From the NCBI GenBank assembly GCA_965261735.1, contig OZ253470.1:4122980-4186979 (forward strand): a stretch of 64,000 bases of DNA. Reading direction: 5' to 3'. Position numbers and translations under genes: made by a program. Origin of the DNA: Alphaproteobacteria bacterium. GTDB lineage: Bacteria > Pseudomonadota > Alphaproteobacteria > SHVV01. How positions within the stretch are numbered: the first letter of the stretch is position 1; each line of letters opens with the position of its first letter. The notes beneath the pieces were generated by a model. That model did no database searches and had not been told where the DNA came from. It was given only the letters and a program-made list of their open reading frames with translations. Below are positions 30,616 to 40,410 of the stretch, one piece after another.

Positions 30616-30806
30616 GGCATCGACGCCCCGCTGGAACTGCTCTAGCTAGCGACCGAACACGACGAGTCTGTAGCGAGAAATACGGCATGTCCGTTCTCGA
30701 CCGCGTTCTACGGACTACGCCAACTCATGCTTGGAGAGCGGGCGCGCTTGAGCGTCCTAGTTCGGCGCTCGGTGATCCGCCGGTTTTTCAAATCTGTCGA
30801 CGCAGC

Positions 30807-31781
30807 CTATGCCGGGCGCGCCGGGGTTACGCCAACCATGCTGTCGCGGGTGACAAGCGCCGCGAGCTGTGCCGCCGACCATCCCTCGGTGCCCGCGGGC
30901 CGCACCGGGATCACGATGTAGCGGAGGTCGGCCGTGCTGTCGACGACCCTAATCTCCGTGTGCGCCGGGAGCTCGGTGCCGAACTCCTCGAGCACGCCGC
31001 GCGGGTCGTTGACGACGCGCGAACGGTAGGCGCGGCTCTTGTACCAGGCGGGCGGTACGCCGAGCAGGGTACGCGGGTAGCACGAGCACAGCGTACAGAC
31101 GACGACGTGATGCAGGTCGGGCGTGTTCTCGAGTGCCAAGACCGGCGGCGATGCGCTCATATCGACGCCCTGGCGTGCCGCGGCGGCCTTGGCGTCGTCG
31201 AGAAACTCGGCACGGAAATCGGGCACGACCCAGGTTCGCGCCACCAGGCCGGCGCCGAGTGCAGGCGTGCGCGTTTCCATGTCGTTGATCTCGCGCTGGA
31301 CGTCCTCCGCGGTAAAGATCCTTTTGTCGATGAACAGCTCGCGAAGGGCCTCGGCGAGAATCTCATAGTCCCCCGGCGGCCGATCCGTATGTTCGATGGC
31401 CTCGTGCTCGCCCGGCGCATGAACGTGATCGCCCTGACCGATCATCGCCGCGCCGGGGGCCGTCGCCGCGTGGTCGGCCTCGAGCCGGGCCCTTACCGCC
31501 GCTACCTTCAACGCCACCTCCTCGTCGGTGATGGCCTCGCGCTCTACCATCAGGGTCTTGAGCGAGTTGACCCAGCGCTCGTAGTAGAGGAATCCCCAAT
31601 AGGTCTCGGCCGGCGTGTCCTCATTGACGCGCCGTGACTCATCGACGCGAAAGTAGGCGCGCGAGGGATGGGTGAGCAGCATCATCATCGCGTCGACCCG
31701 CCGATCGGTGATCGTGGGATCGTGCTCGGCTGTGTCGATGGGGTCGGCGTCGAGGCCGCCCACGTCATGGTGTCCGCGCAT
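30807..31781 (-). CDS. Nitrile hydratase-like protein, fused beta(N-terminal domain)-alpha architecture with CTLCSC metal-binding site
   Basis: N-terminus MRGHHDVGG resembles NHase beta. C-terminal half carries VVCTLCSCYPRTLLG, the NHase/SCNase alpha Cys-cluster. Start taken at the internal Met of ORF 30807..31829. Confidence 0.6.
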   Translation of the reverse strand: MRGHHDVGGLDADPIDTAEHDPTITDRRVDAMMMLLTHPSRAYFRVDESRRVNEDTPAETYWGFLYYERWVNSLKTLMVEREAITDEEVALKVAAVRARLEADHAATAPGAAMIGQGDHVHAPGEHEAIEHTDRPPGDYEILAEALRELFIDKRIFTAEDVQREINDMETRTPALGAGLVARTWVVPDFRAEFLDDAKAAAARQGVDMSASPPVLALENTPDLHHVVVCTLCSCYPRTLLGVPPAWYKSRAYRSRVVNDPRGVLEEFGTELPAHTEIRVVDSTADLRYIVIPVRPAGTEGWSAAQLAALVTRDSMVGVTPARPA

Positions 31782-32030
31782 GAGGAACCTCTTGGCCAAA
31801 GATGCGCCGGCGCTCGCGCTGAGCCGCAAGTATATTTTCCGCCGGCGCGGGGCTCAACGTCCTAACGACCGGCGGGGGTAGGGCCTGGGGCCGCCCCGGT
31901 TGGCGCGCGCCGGCTGCGACTCTATGATCCGGGCCGAACTGGGGGCGTCGCCGTTTCATCACAGGATACAGGACCGGGTGCCGAACCTGCCGGCGGGCGC
32001 GAACGCCCGACGCGCTGGGGCCTCGTCGCC

Positions 32031-33197
32031 GTGATCCTCTTCGCCGGCGTCGCCGCCGCGACGCAGATCGGCAAAGTGCCGCCCGCGATCCCGGACATCC
32101 GCGCCGAGCTCGCTCTCGGCATGGTCGGGGCGGGATGGGTTGCCTCGATCATCAACCTGACGAGCGCCCTGTTCGGTATCATTATCGGCGCCCTCGCCGA
32201 TGCGCTGGGTCACGCCCGCATGCTGACGACTGGGCTCGCGCTGATCGTCATAGGCTCGCTCGTGGGCGCCAGCGCCGACGCCGGCAGTCTGCTGCTTTTC
32301 ACACGCTTCCTAGAGGGTGCGGGCTATGTGAGCATTACCGTGGCGGCACCGTCGCTCCTCCTGAGCGCGACGGGCGGGCGCGGGCAGCGGCTCGTGCTCG
32401 GCATATGGAGCGGCAGGTTCCCGGCCGGCATAGGCGCCATGCTCGTGATCTCGCCACTCTTCCTGACACCTTACGGGTGGCGCGGCCTGTGGTACGCGAG
32501 CGCCGCGCTCTTGGCGGTGGCGCTTGCCCTCGTGGCTGCCGCCCAGCGCCCGCGGCGAGCGCCCGGCGCGCTTACCGCCCCGGCGCCACCACGCCGGATC
32601 GCCGAGCTCGGCAGCCCACTACGCAGCCGGGGCGCTTGGCTGTTAGCCGGTTCGCTGACGATGTGGAACCTGCAGTGGCTCGCCATCATCGCCTGGCTGC
32701 CGACTTTCCTGATCGAGAGCGAGGGCTATACGACCGCGGCCGCGGCCCTGGTGGTTGCGCTGGTCGTGATCGCCGAATTGCCGGGCAACGTGCTGGGCGG
32801 CGTATTGATGCATCGCGGCGTTCCGTGCTGGGTGCTCTTGGCCCTCGGCACGACGACGGCCGGCGCGGCGGCGATCGGGATATTTTCGGCGGCGGTTCCG
32901 GTCGGGCTCAAGCTGGTGTTGGCGCTGTGTTTCGCGTTCGTGGGCGGGCTCGTGCCGCCGGGCGTGATGGGCGCCGTGCCGACCCACGCGCCGACGCCGG
33001 GCCTCGTCGGCACGATCATCGGGGTCGTGGTTCAGGTCTCCAGCATCGGGGCCCTGACAGGGCCGCCACTGATCGCCGCCGCCGTCGTACTGCTCGGCGG
33101 CTGGCATGAGGCGAGCTGGCTCCTGCTTGGCGCCGGCGCCGTGGGTGCCGTTTTCGCGCTCTCGATCCGCTCGCTCGAGCTGCGAATGCAGACTTAA
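32031..33197 (+). CDS. MFS transporter
   Basis: 12 predicted TM, MFS motif-like loops. GTG start is homologous to the paralog start. Confidence 0.7.
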   Translation: MILFAGVAAATQIGKVPPAIPDIRAELALGMVGAGWVASIINLTSALFGIIIGALADALGHARMLTTGLALIVIGSLVGASADAGSLLLFTRFLEGAGYVSITVAAPSLLLSATGGRGQRLVLGIWSGRFPAGIGAMLVISPLFLTPYGWRGLWYASAALLAVALALVAAAQRPRRAPGALTAPAPPRRIAELGSPLRSRGAWLLAGSLTMWNLQWLAIIAWLPTFLIESEGYTTAAAALVVALVVIAELPGNVLGGVLMHRGVPCWVLLALGTTTAGAAAIGIFSAAVPVGLKLVLALCFAFVGGLVPPGVMGAVPTHAPTPGLVGTIIGVVVQVSSIGALTGPPLIAAAVVLLGGWHEASWLLLGAGAVGAVFALSIRSLELRMQT

Positions 33198-33342
33198 CCC
33201 CGGCACAAAAGGACGTTGGCCGCGAGCGGAGGCTCGCCTAACATCGCGCCGCCGGGAGGGGTATCGGGCCATTACACAGCACCCAACAGTGGCGCCGCAG
33301 GCAGCGTCCGCGGAGCCCGTCGCGCCGACGCGATGGGGCATT

Positions 33343-34515
33343 GTGGCCATCGCCGTGGCTGCCGGCGTGGTCGCCGCGACCCAAGTCGGCAAGGCGCCGC
33401 CGTCGCTCCCTGACATCCGCGCCGAACTTGCGGTCGGCATGGTCGGCGCGGGTTGGATCGTCTCGATACTGAACGCCACGACCGCCACCCTCGGTATCGC
33501 CATCGGCACCATCGCCGACCGCGTTGGCCACAACCGGGCGCTCGCCTTCGGCCTCGCCCTGCTGGCCATCGGCAGCCTGCTCGGTGGTATCGCCGGCAGC
33601 GCCGGCGCGATGCTTCTCACCCGTTTTCTCGAGGGCATCGGCTTCGTCTGCATCATCGTCGCGGCACCGTCCCTAATCGCCGAAGCCGCATCGCTCCGCC
33701 ACCAGCGTCTCGCCCTCGGCCTCTGGAGCGCCTACTTCCCGGCCGGGATGGGGGCGATGATGGTGGCCTCGCTGTTCGTCCTCGAACCCTACGGATGGCG
33801 CAGTCTGTGGTTTGCGTCCGCGGTGCTGATCCTGGTTTTCCTCATGGTTTTTCTGGTGGTGGCGGCGCGCGGGCGGCGCGGTGGGCGGTTGCCTAGCGGT
33901 GCCCGTGCCGGGCGTGGGCGCGCGCTCGCGGATGTCCGGCGGGCGCTGGCGCGGCCGGGACCTTGGCTGCTAGCGTTTACGTTCACCGCCTTTTCGTTGC
34001 AGTGGCTGGGGCTCCTCGCGTGGCTGCCCACCTTTCTCGTCGAGCAGGGCTACACCCGGGCGACGGCCGCGCTGGTGACGGCGGTGGTCGTCGTGCTCGA
34101 GGCCCCCGGCAACCTTATCGGCGGCTGGCTCCTGCATCGCGGCGCGTCGCGCTGGACCCTGATATCGGTGGCGATGCTCGCCATGGCCACAATGGGCGCG
34201 GCGATCCTCGTGCCAGCCGTACCGCCCGTCGCGAAGGTCGTCTTGGCCCTCGCCTTCACGCTGATCAGCGGTCTCGTGCCGGCGGCGGTGCTGTCGGGCG
34301 CGCCCGTTCATGCCGCTGCGCCCGGCCTGATCGGCACCGTCAACGGGGTCATCGCCCAAGGCTCGAACCTCGGCAGTCTCATGGGGCCACCAGCGTTCGC
34401 CGCCGTCGTCGTGGGGTTCGGCGGTTGGCAGCATGCGAGCTGGTTGATGCTCGGGGCCGGGCTCGTCGGCGTCCTTCTGGCCCTGGCCATCCGCCTCGTT
34501 GAAGAGCGCCTGTGA
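33343..34515 (+). CDS. MFS transporter (tandem paralog)
   Basis: Aligns along its full length with 32031..33197. GTG start at the equivalent position. Track ORF 33106..34515 begins upstream and overlaps the previous gene. Confidence 0.7.
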   Translation: MAIAVAAGVVAATQVGKAPPSLPDIRAELAVGMVGAGWIVSILNATTATLGIAIGTIADRVGHNRALAFGLALLAIGSLLGGIAGSAGAMLLTRFLEGIGFVCIIVAAPSLIAEAASLRHQRLALGLWSAYFPAGMGAMMVASLFVLEPYGWRSLWFASAVLILVFLMVFLVVAARGRRGGRLPSGARAGRGRALADVRRALARPGPWLLAFTFTAFSLQWLGLLAWLPTFLVEQGYTRATAALVTAVVVVLEAPGNLIGGWLLHRGASRWTLISVAMLAMATMGAAILVPAVPPVAKVVLALAFTLISGLVPAAVLSGAPVHAAAPGLIGTVNGVIAQGSNLGSLMGPPAFAAVVVGFGGWQHASWLMLGAGLVGVLLALAIRLVEERL

Positions 34516-34525
34516 GGAGGCGCGC

Positions 34526-35008
34526 CTACGCCCAGAGCCCGTGGCGGCGGTGCCACGCCTCCAGTGACTCGTCGGGGTAGTCGGCGAACGTCACGTCCTT
34601 TGCCCCCTCGGGGATGCGGACCCAAGGCGCCGCGGAGCCGGTCATCATGTGAACACGCTCCGGCGGCGCCAGCAGCGGCGTGTCGATGGCCGACGCGAAG
34701 GGGTAGATCCACTGCGGGTAGTGCTCGTTGGCCGCCCACAGGGCGGTGCCGCACGAGCCGCAGAAGAAGCGATGTGCGGTGCCGGTTTCGCCCGGTTTGA
34801 GGTCCGGCCGTCGCACGCGGTAGTCGACGATTCGATCGCCCCCGGTGACCGAGAGGGTTGCAGCCTCTCCCATGATGTTGATGGCGCTACCGCCGCCGCC
34901 GCCAACCTTGCGACAGATCGAGCAATAGCAGTGGAGGAACGGCTGCGGGGCGTGCGACTCGACGGTGAAGCGGACCGCGCCACAATGGCAGGAGCCTTCG
35001 AGCTGCAT
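34526..35008 (-). CDS. GFA family protein (glutathione-dependent formaldehyde-activating enzyme / CENP-V-like zinc protein)
   Basis: CHCGAV...CYCSIC...CGSCG Cys pattern of the GFA family. Confidence 0.75.
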   Translation of the reverse strand: MQLEGSCHCGAVRFTVESHAPQPFLHCYCSICRKVGGGGGSAINIMGEAATLSVTGGDRIVDYRVRRPDLKPGETGTAHRFFCGSCGTALWAANEHYPQWIYPFASAIDTPLLAPPERVHMMTGSAAPWVRIPEGAKDVTFADYPDESLEAWHRRHGLWA

Positions 35009-35142
35009 GGGCTGCCTCCGCGGATAAGCCCACGCCAGACGGGACGCGGGCCACCATTCTGCGGAGGGCGGTGGCGCGCCGCAAGGTCAAAGAAGCGTCC
35101 CGGGCGAGCTCTCCGTGGCGACGGGTCGGCGCGCCTCGCGCG

Positions 35143-35630
35143 TCAGCCGCTCTGGAAGAGCTGGAGAATTGTGCCCGGCCCGGCATTGGCGATCGACAGC
35201 GACTGCATGCCGAGCTGCTGCTTGATCTGGAACGCCTGCAGGTTGGCGCTTTCCTCGGCGAGGTCAGCGTCGACCAGGTTGCCGAGACCTTCCTTGAGAA
35301 TGTCGACGAGTTTGCCCGTGAAATCGGCCTGGATTTCGATCCGCTTCGAGGACGAGCCGAGCGCTGCCAGCCGCGTTTGATCAGGTAGCCGCTGCGTGGA
35401 AGGGCGAGCTTCCCTTGCTGCACGAGCGGCCATAGCGTTTCCGCGATCAACTCAGCGTTCCTGTCCTGCTTCTGAGCCGTCTGTGACGCAAGCCACTCTG
35501 CGAACGCACGCTCGCCGATGTCCTCGCCGACCGACTTGCGCAGCGCATTCAGCTTGCGGAGCTACCCCTTAGTCAGGGAGTTCACATCAATCACGTTGGA
35601 AGACATCTGTGTCATGAGTCTGTCTCCAGC
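35143..35630 (-). pseudogene. Flagellin gene remnant (C-terminal D0/D1 fragment, with a putative N-terminal stub in another frame)
   Basis: C-terminal NLQAFQIKQQLGMQSLSIANAGPGTILQLFQSG matches the conserved flagellin C-terminus. Upstream sequence shifts frame and lacks the central domains. Confidence 0.55.
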
Positions 35631-35725
35631 CTCAATGGTGCGGGAATTGCCGAGCCGCATATAGCAGCAAATAGTAGTGCGTGCCAGGATCATGCAGTCT
35701 TACCATGGCGACGCAGACACAACCT

Positions 35726-36070
35726 CTATTTCATGATGTAAAAAGCCAGCTTGTTTCCATCCAAGTCCCTGAAATACCCGCCGTAGAATCCGCCAGTGCC
35801 ACGCGGTCCAAGCGCCCCCTCGTCCTTCCCCCCGAGCTCAAGAGGCGTGGCATATAATGCATTAACCTGCTCTTCGCTTCCTGCTCTGAACGCAATCATC
35901 GTGCTATTGCCTACAGTAGCCGGGTTTCCATCGTAGGGCTTGATTGCGCAGAATGCCGTTTCACCCGATGGGGCCTCCCACTGGATGAAGGTTTCTGCTT
36001 CCGCCGTCCGCTTCGCGCCGATATCTCCGAGAAGCGCATCATAGAACCGACCGGCGCGTTCAATGTCGTT
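35726..36070 (-). pseudogene. VOC (glyoxalase/bleomycin-resistance) family gene, 5'-truncated by the IS1595-family insertion
   Basis: ~85% identical to the intact paralog 61333..61704 from residue NDIERAGRFYD onward. The apparent N-terminus MSRISR is encoded by the IS inverted repeat itself. Confidence 0.6.
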
Positions 36071-37099
36071 CCTGCTTATCCGTGACATTCATCCTGCGAT
36101 GAGGAGGCGGTAGGGCATCGGGTCGGTTCGGGCGGCGCTATGGACGAAGCGCGGGATCATCGTCTGGAGTTGATAACGGCGGTTGTAGCGCCAGGCGAAA
36201 CTGACGAGGTAGCGCCCGGTGTGATCGGGGCCGAGCTTGCGATAGGTCCCGGTGACCGTGCACTTGATGTTGCCGAGCGCCGTATTGACCCATTTGAATG
36301 ACGCCACGCGGGCCGCCTTGCGTCTCGAGCCGGTGCGGATTGCCCGATGGCTGCAGGTGGCCTCGTCGAGTGCGCTCCAGCAGCCCAAGCGGTCCGTCAC
36401 AACCGCCGCGCCGGGGGCCAGCCAGTGCTTGGCGCCGCGCGCGATCTCGCGCTTGCGGAAGCCCTTGACCGGCGCCAGCTTCAGCTTGCGCGGGCGCCCC
36501 TCGGGACTGGTCGAGACCGCCGCCACGAAGGGCGTTTTGCCCGCCGCGCCGCGGCCCCGCTTGCCGCCGGAGCGCACCCCGCCGAGATAGGCGTCGTCCA
36601 TCTCGACCCGCCCCGTAAGCGCCGTCTCCCCCTCGCGCCGCGCCATCACCGCCATGATCTTGTGCTTCACGGCCCAGGCCGTCGGCTGCTTGACCCCGAG
36701 ACGGCGGCCGAGTTCCACCGACGAGATGCCGTTCTTCGCCGTCACGATCAGGTGGATGGCGGCAAACCAGACTGTCAGCGGCAGCTTGGTCGCGTGGAAG
36801 ATCGTGCCCGCCGTGGGCGATGTCTGCTTCTTGCACCGGTTGCATTGATAGAGACCCCGACCCGCCAACACGCAATGCTCCCGATGGCCGCAGCAGGGGC
36901 AGACGAAGCCGCCCGGCCAGCGCAGCCGGACCAGCGCCGCGCGGCACTGCTCCTTGGTGCCGAAGGCCTCCCGAAACGCCTCGTCGTTCAGACCACGCAC
37001 GCGCGATGCAACCTTGAACCCCATAACCGTGACCCCCTCATACAGAACATATTGAGAACATACATCCCCATAGGCGGAGTGTCACGGATAAGCAGGAAA
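36070..37099 (-). mobile_element. IS1595-family insertion sequence (ISXO2-like)
   Basis: Perfect 18-19 bp terminal inverted repeats TTCCTGCTTATCCGTGACA at 36070-36089 and 37080-37099, flanking a single transposase. No clear target-site duplication. Confidence 0.8.
36089..37024 (-). CDS. IS1595-family transposase (zinc-ribbon + DDE)
   Basis: CPCCG...CNRCKKQ zinc ribbon and ISXO2-like DDE core, 311 aa. Confidence 0.85.
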   Translation of the reverse strand: MGFKVASRVRGLNDEAFREAFGTKEQCRAALVRLRWPGGFVCPCCGHREHCVLAGRGLYQCNRCKKQTSPTAGTIFHATKLPLTVWFAAIHLIVTAKNGISSVELGRRLGVKQPTAWAVKHKIMAVMARREGETALTGRVEMDDAYLGGVRSGGKRGRGAAGKTPFVAAVSTSPEGRPRKLKLAPVKGFRKREIARGAKHWLAPGAAVVTDRLGCWSALDEATCSHRAIRTGSRRKAARVASFKWVNTALGNIKCTVTGTYRKLGPDHTGRYLVSFAWRYNRRYQLQTMIPRFVHSAARTDPMPYRLLIAG

Positions 37100-37196
37100 T
37101 GTTTTGATGACGGACATGCCCATCCGCCCCTCTCGCGCGCAGATTCGCACATCTGCTTGAACCGAAGGCCATATGCTAATGGCGAGCAGTCAAACA

Positions 37197-37811
37197 CTAA
37201 GTTGCTTTTGTGTATGGCCCGAAAACCCAGTAGAAGATTGATACTTTTGTATCGAAAGCCGTTCCTCCAACAATTTCTCCTCCTTCATAGATCGATTGAT
37301 CGCCAAAATACTTTTTTACGGCATCCGTCAACGCCATTACGCTGTGCGGCATGCAGCGCTCTATTTCACGCCTGTATTTTACGATCCCTCCTAGTTCTTC
37401 TGAAGGAACCGAGTAAGGGTGTGTGGCTAATAGCAATGTCATAATTTCTGGACTCACGTGTTTACCTTCCGAATAATCTATCATTTTCTTGACATCTTTC
37501 TGCACCTTTGTTGGATATTTATTTTCCGCTTTATTCGTGAACATATCGAAGGAATACATCGCCTTGGCTTCGACGAGCATGACCGGACTTGAATCTTCAA
37601 TTATGGCTAAATCAAATCTTTTCCATTCGCGGGCTATTTGAATGTTCTCTTCATCTCTCATTAAGCTCTGCAGGCTATACGCGATACGGTCGCGGATGGT
37701 TAGCTCTATTTTACCGGTTAGTGCTAGGTAAGCCAATTCGTTGCAGTCGAAGTCTGTATGTAGGTTCTTCATGGCTGAACAGAATAGTTTCGGCCAGTTA
37801 TGACGTGTCAT
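37197..37811 (-). CDS. Hypothetical low-GC protein, candidate PD-(D/E)xK-fold nuclease
   Basis: ~40% GC gene in a ~68% GC genome. FDLAIIEDSSPVMLVEAKAM fits the hhhD...hhhExK nuclease motif. No family recognised. Confidence 0.4.
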   Translation of the reverse strand: MTRHNWPKLFCSAMKNLHTDFDCNELAYLALTGKIELTIRDRIAYSLQSLMRDEENIQIAREWKRFDLAIIEDSSPVMLVEAKAMYSFDMFTNKAENKYPTKVQKDVKKMIDYSEGKHVSPEIMTLLLATHPYSVPSEELGGIVKYRREIERCMPHSVMALTDAVKKYFGDQSIYEGGEIVGGTAFDTKVSIFYWVFGPYTKAT

Positions 37812-38041
37812 ATTTAAATTACCTTTCTGTTATGCGATCTTACTGCAGCAGTTATCTTAAACACTAAGGGTATCCGTCATCATGAGCTGCGCCTGGTTTG
37901 GCGGGGGCCATTTCGCTTGATTCATGCCGCCATGGCTGACTGCTTGAGCATGGCGTAGTGGCGAGCTATTGTCAAAAGTTGGTGACGCAGGTTTCAGGCG
38001 GCGCGTTCGGTTAGCTTTTCTCCGTCCTTGAATTTGACGCC

Positions 38042-38821
38042 TTGAATGATGTCGGCGATCTGGTGCGAGCCGTCCAGGCGACGCCACTTCTTGCTGGCCG
38101 ACTGGCACAGCGGGCCACGCAGCGCACCGAGGCGCTGGAGCGTCTCGAAGCCGATCTCGAAACACTGATGCAGGTGGAGGGCCTGGCCATGCGCCCCGGC
38201 CCTCGCCAACCAATCGACGCGGCATTGGTCTCGCTCCTGTGCGAGGCCATTCTGACCCGCTGGACGGTGGAATTCCGCTACCTCGCCCAGTCGACAAGGA
38301 GATCAAGCCGCCAGCGTGTCGAGCCATACGGTTTGCTCTACGGCACCCGCGCCTTTCTGGTCGGGCGGACCGACTGGAGCGAGGAACCGCGCCTCTGGCG
38401 CCTTGCCAACATCGGCGATGCCCGGATCACCGGCGAGCGGTTCGAGCGGGACCCGGAATTCGACCTGCAGCACTACTCCAGACGGTCGTTCGGCACGTTC
38501 CAGGAAAAACCCGTTCAGGTGACCCTGCGTTTCGATGCCAAGGCAGCGCCGGACGCCTCGGCCTTCCTCTTCCACCCGGACCAGTCCATCGAAAAGCACA
38601 GCGACGGCACGCTCACGGTGCGCTTCAAGGCCGGCGGCATCAACGAGATGTGCTGGCATCTGGTCACTTGGGGCGAGAGCGTCACCGTTGAGAAGCCCGT
38701 CCGGCTGCGCCACCGCCTGGCCAGGATGTGCGCATCGCTCGCTGCGCATCCAGGATGTGCGCATCGCTCGCTGCGCATCATGGGGAAGATGCAAGTCCTT
38801 GAATTTCTTGGGCCGATTTAA
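38042..38821 (+). CDS. WYL-domain protein (WYL + WCX-like C-terminal), apparently lacking the N-terminal HTH, with a 29-bp tandem duplication altering the 3' end
   Basis: FRYLAQ...RVEPYGLLYGTRAFLVG WYL core. No HTH upstream. 3' end contains a perfect 29-bp direct duplication. Confidence 0.55.
   Translation: MNDVGDLVRAVQATPLLAGRLAQRATQRTEALERLEADLETLMQVEGLAMRPGPRQPIDAALVSLLCEAILTRWTVEFRYLAQSTRRSSRQRVEPYGLLYGTRAFLVGRTDWSEEPRLWRLANIGDARITGERFERDPEFDLQHYSRRSFGTFQEKPVQVTLRFDAKAAPDASAFLFHPDQSIEKHSDGTLTVRFKAGGINEMCWHLVTWGESVTVEKPVRLRHRLARMCASLAAHPGCAHRSLRIMGKMQVLEFLGPI
38722..38779. repeat. Perfect 29-bp tandem duplication (CAGGATGTGCGCATCGCTCGCTGCGCATC x2)
   Basis: Directly read in sequence. Length is not a multiple of 3, so it frameshifts the WYL-protein C-terminus. 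Confidence 0.8.
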
Positions 38822-39421
38822 GGCAATGTCGCGCCGGGCGGATATTCAACATTGCGAACAGAAGAAAATTGTGGGCCCTCCGGAAACGGCGGGAATGAAT
38901 GGCTCGAACACTACGTTCACGTGTTGATCGATCCGAGGACCGGCCAGATCTTCTACATCTGCCGGGTGAAGGCGGCAGGGTCTTCGCTCACGCCGATGGC
39001 ACGGTAACGGAAGACGATAACGACGCCGGGGATGGTGACGCGTTGTCTCCCAGGCGCAAGGTCATTCGACCGATAAGAAGCAACAGCCTGGAGCCGATCT
39101 ACGTCATACACAGGCACGGTATGCCGAAGGTCCTTGTCAGCGTTGGATGGACAAGGCCCACCTTGCCCGACAGCGCATCTTGATCAACTGCAGTCCCGGA
39201 CATTCCGCTTTGTCTTGCGGACGATTTTCCGAACAACGCTTCATGTATACGACCGAATATGCCGTATCTATGTGTTAGCGTCCCTCCATTGCATCAATCT
39301 GGACTGCGCCATACTGGCCGTTTGCGAATGAAGCCTGCTCGCCGTTAATCCTGCGAATAAGGCCTCAACTCTTTACTCACAGGCGCTGACGGGAGACGAG
39401 GTTGCGACAGGGGGACATCCG

Positions 39422-39970
39422 ATGAATACCGAAGCCGGAAACCCGGACCCAGAACATCCAGGCCCGATCCATGCCGGCTGGAACACATCTGAATTCTTTG
39501 AAAATGCCACAGCAGAGGACGTGGCGCATTGCTTGGGATCCGGCGCGGATGTGCAGGCGCGTGACAAGTACGGATGCTCGCCCCTGCACTTTGCGGCTCG
39601 CCTCGGCTCTCTGGAGGTGATCGCGGCGTTGCTCGCCGCCGGCGTCGATCCAAAAGCGTCTGCCGAAGATGGACGCATCCCCCTGCATTTTGCGGCTCGC
39701 TGGGGCTCCCCGGGGGCAGTCGCGGCGCTGCTCGCCGCTGGTGCCGACCTGAAAGCATGCGACAGGCGTAGACGCACACCGTTGTTCTGGGCAGCACTTC
39801 GCGACTGCTCTTGTGCGGTTATGGCGCTGCTCGCCGCCAGCGCCGATCCGAAGGCGTGTGCCGAAGACGGATGCTCGCCCCTGCACGTCGCGGCTCGCTG
39901 GGGCTCTCCGGATGCGATCGCGGCGCTGATCGCCGCGCGTGCTCTTGGTCGTGATGAACGAGGCGTTTGA
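39422..39970 (+). CDS. Ankyrin-repeat protein (4-5 repeats)
   Basis: Repeated GCSPLHFAARLGSLEVIAALLAAGVDPKA units. Confidence 0.65.
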   Translation: MNTEAGNPDPEHPGPIHAGWNTSEFFENATAEDVAHCLGSGADVQARDKYGCSPLHFAARLGSLEVIAALLAAGVDPKASAEDGRIPLHFAARWGSPGAVAALLAAGADLKACDRRRRTPLFWAALRDCSCAVMALLAASADPKACAEDGCSPLHVAARWGSPDAIAALIAARALGRDERGV

Positions 39971-40410
39971 AACCCTGGAGATCTGGGAAGCAGAGCGTAG
40001 CGCAGTCGTGGAAGCGCTGACTGCGCCGGGAAGCAAGGCACGCAATAGACGCGGCTCCTTGGCCGTCTCTAAGTTCAAGCAAATTGGGAAACGGGTGTGG
40101 CCCAGCAATCATAGGACGGGTATGCGGCTCGACCCGGAGTTGACGGGACCGTGTGGCTATTCTGGCGGAGTCTGGCCGGTCTGTTGTCCTCTGAGCTCGA
40201 CGAGACCGATTCCCAAGCCACAAACTATCAACGGCGGCGTGATCTTCTCCCGTTGGATTGGTCGATCCTTAGGTTGTGGATTGAGGAGGGCGGGAGATGG
40301 CAAGAAACCGTCAATGCACTGACATTCAAACCGGACCACTTTTAGGGGGTCACTCCAAATTTTATCGGGATTACCAACAGTTTTTCCTTGCTTTCAGAAA
40401 GAAACAAGAG

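Noticed and set aside
39939-40322. 127-aa ORF immediately after the ankyrin-repeat gene
   Set aside because: Overlaps the ankyrin stop in another frame with no RBS. Possibly a remnant, but unsupported.
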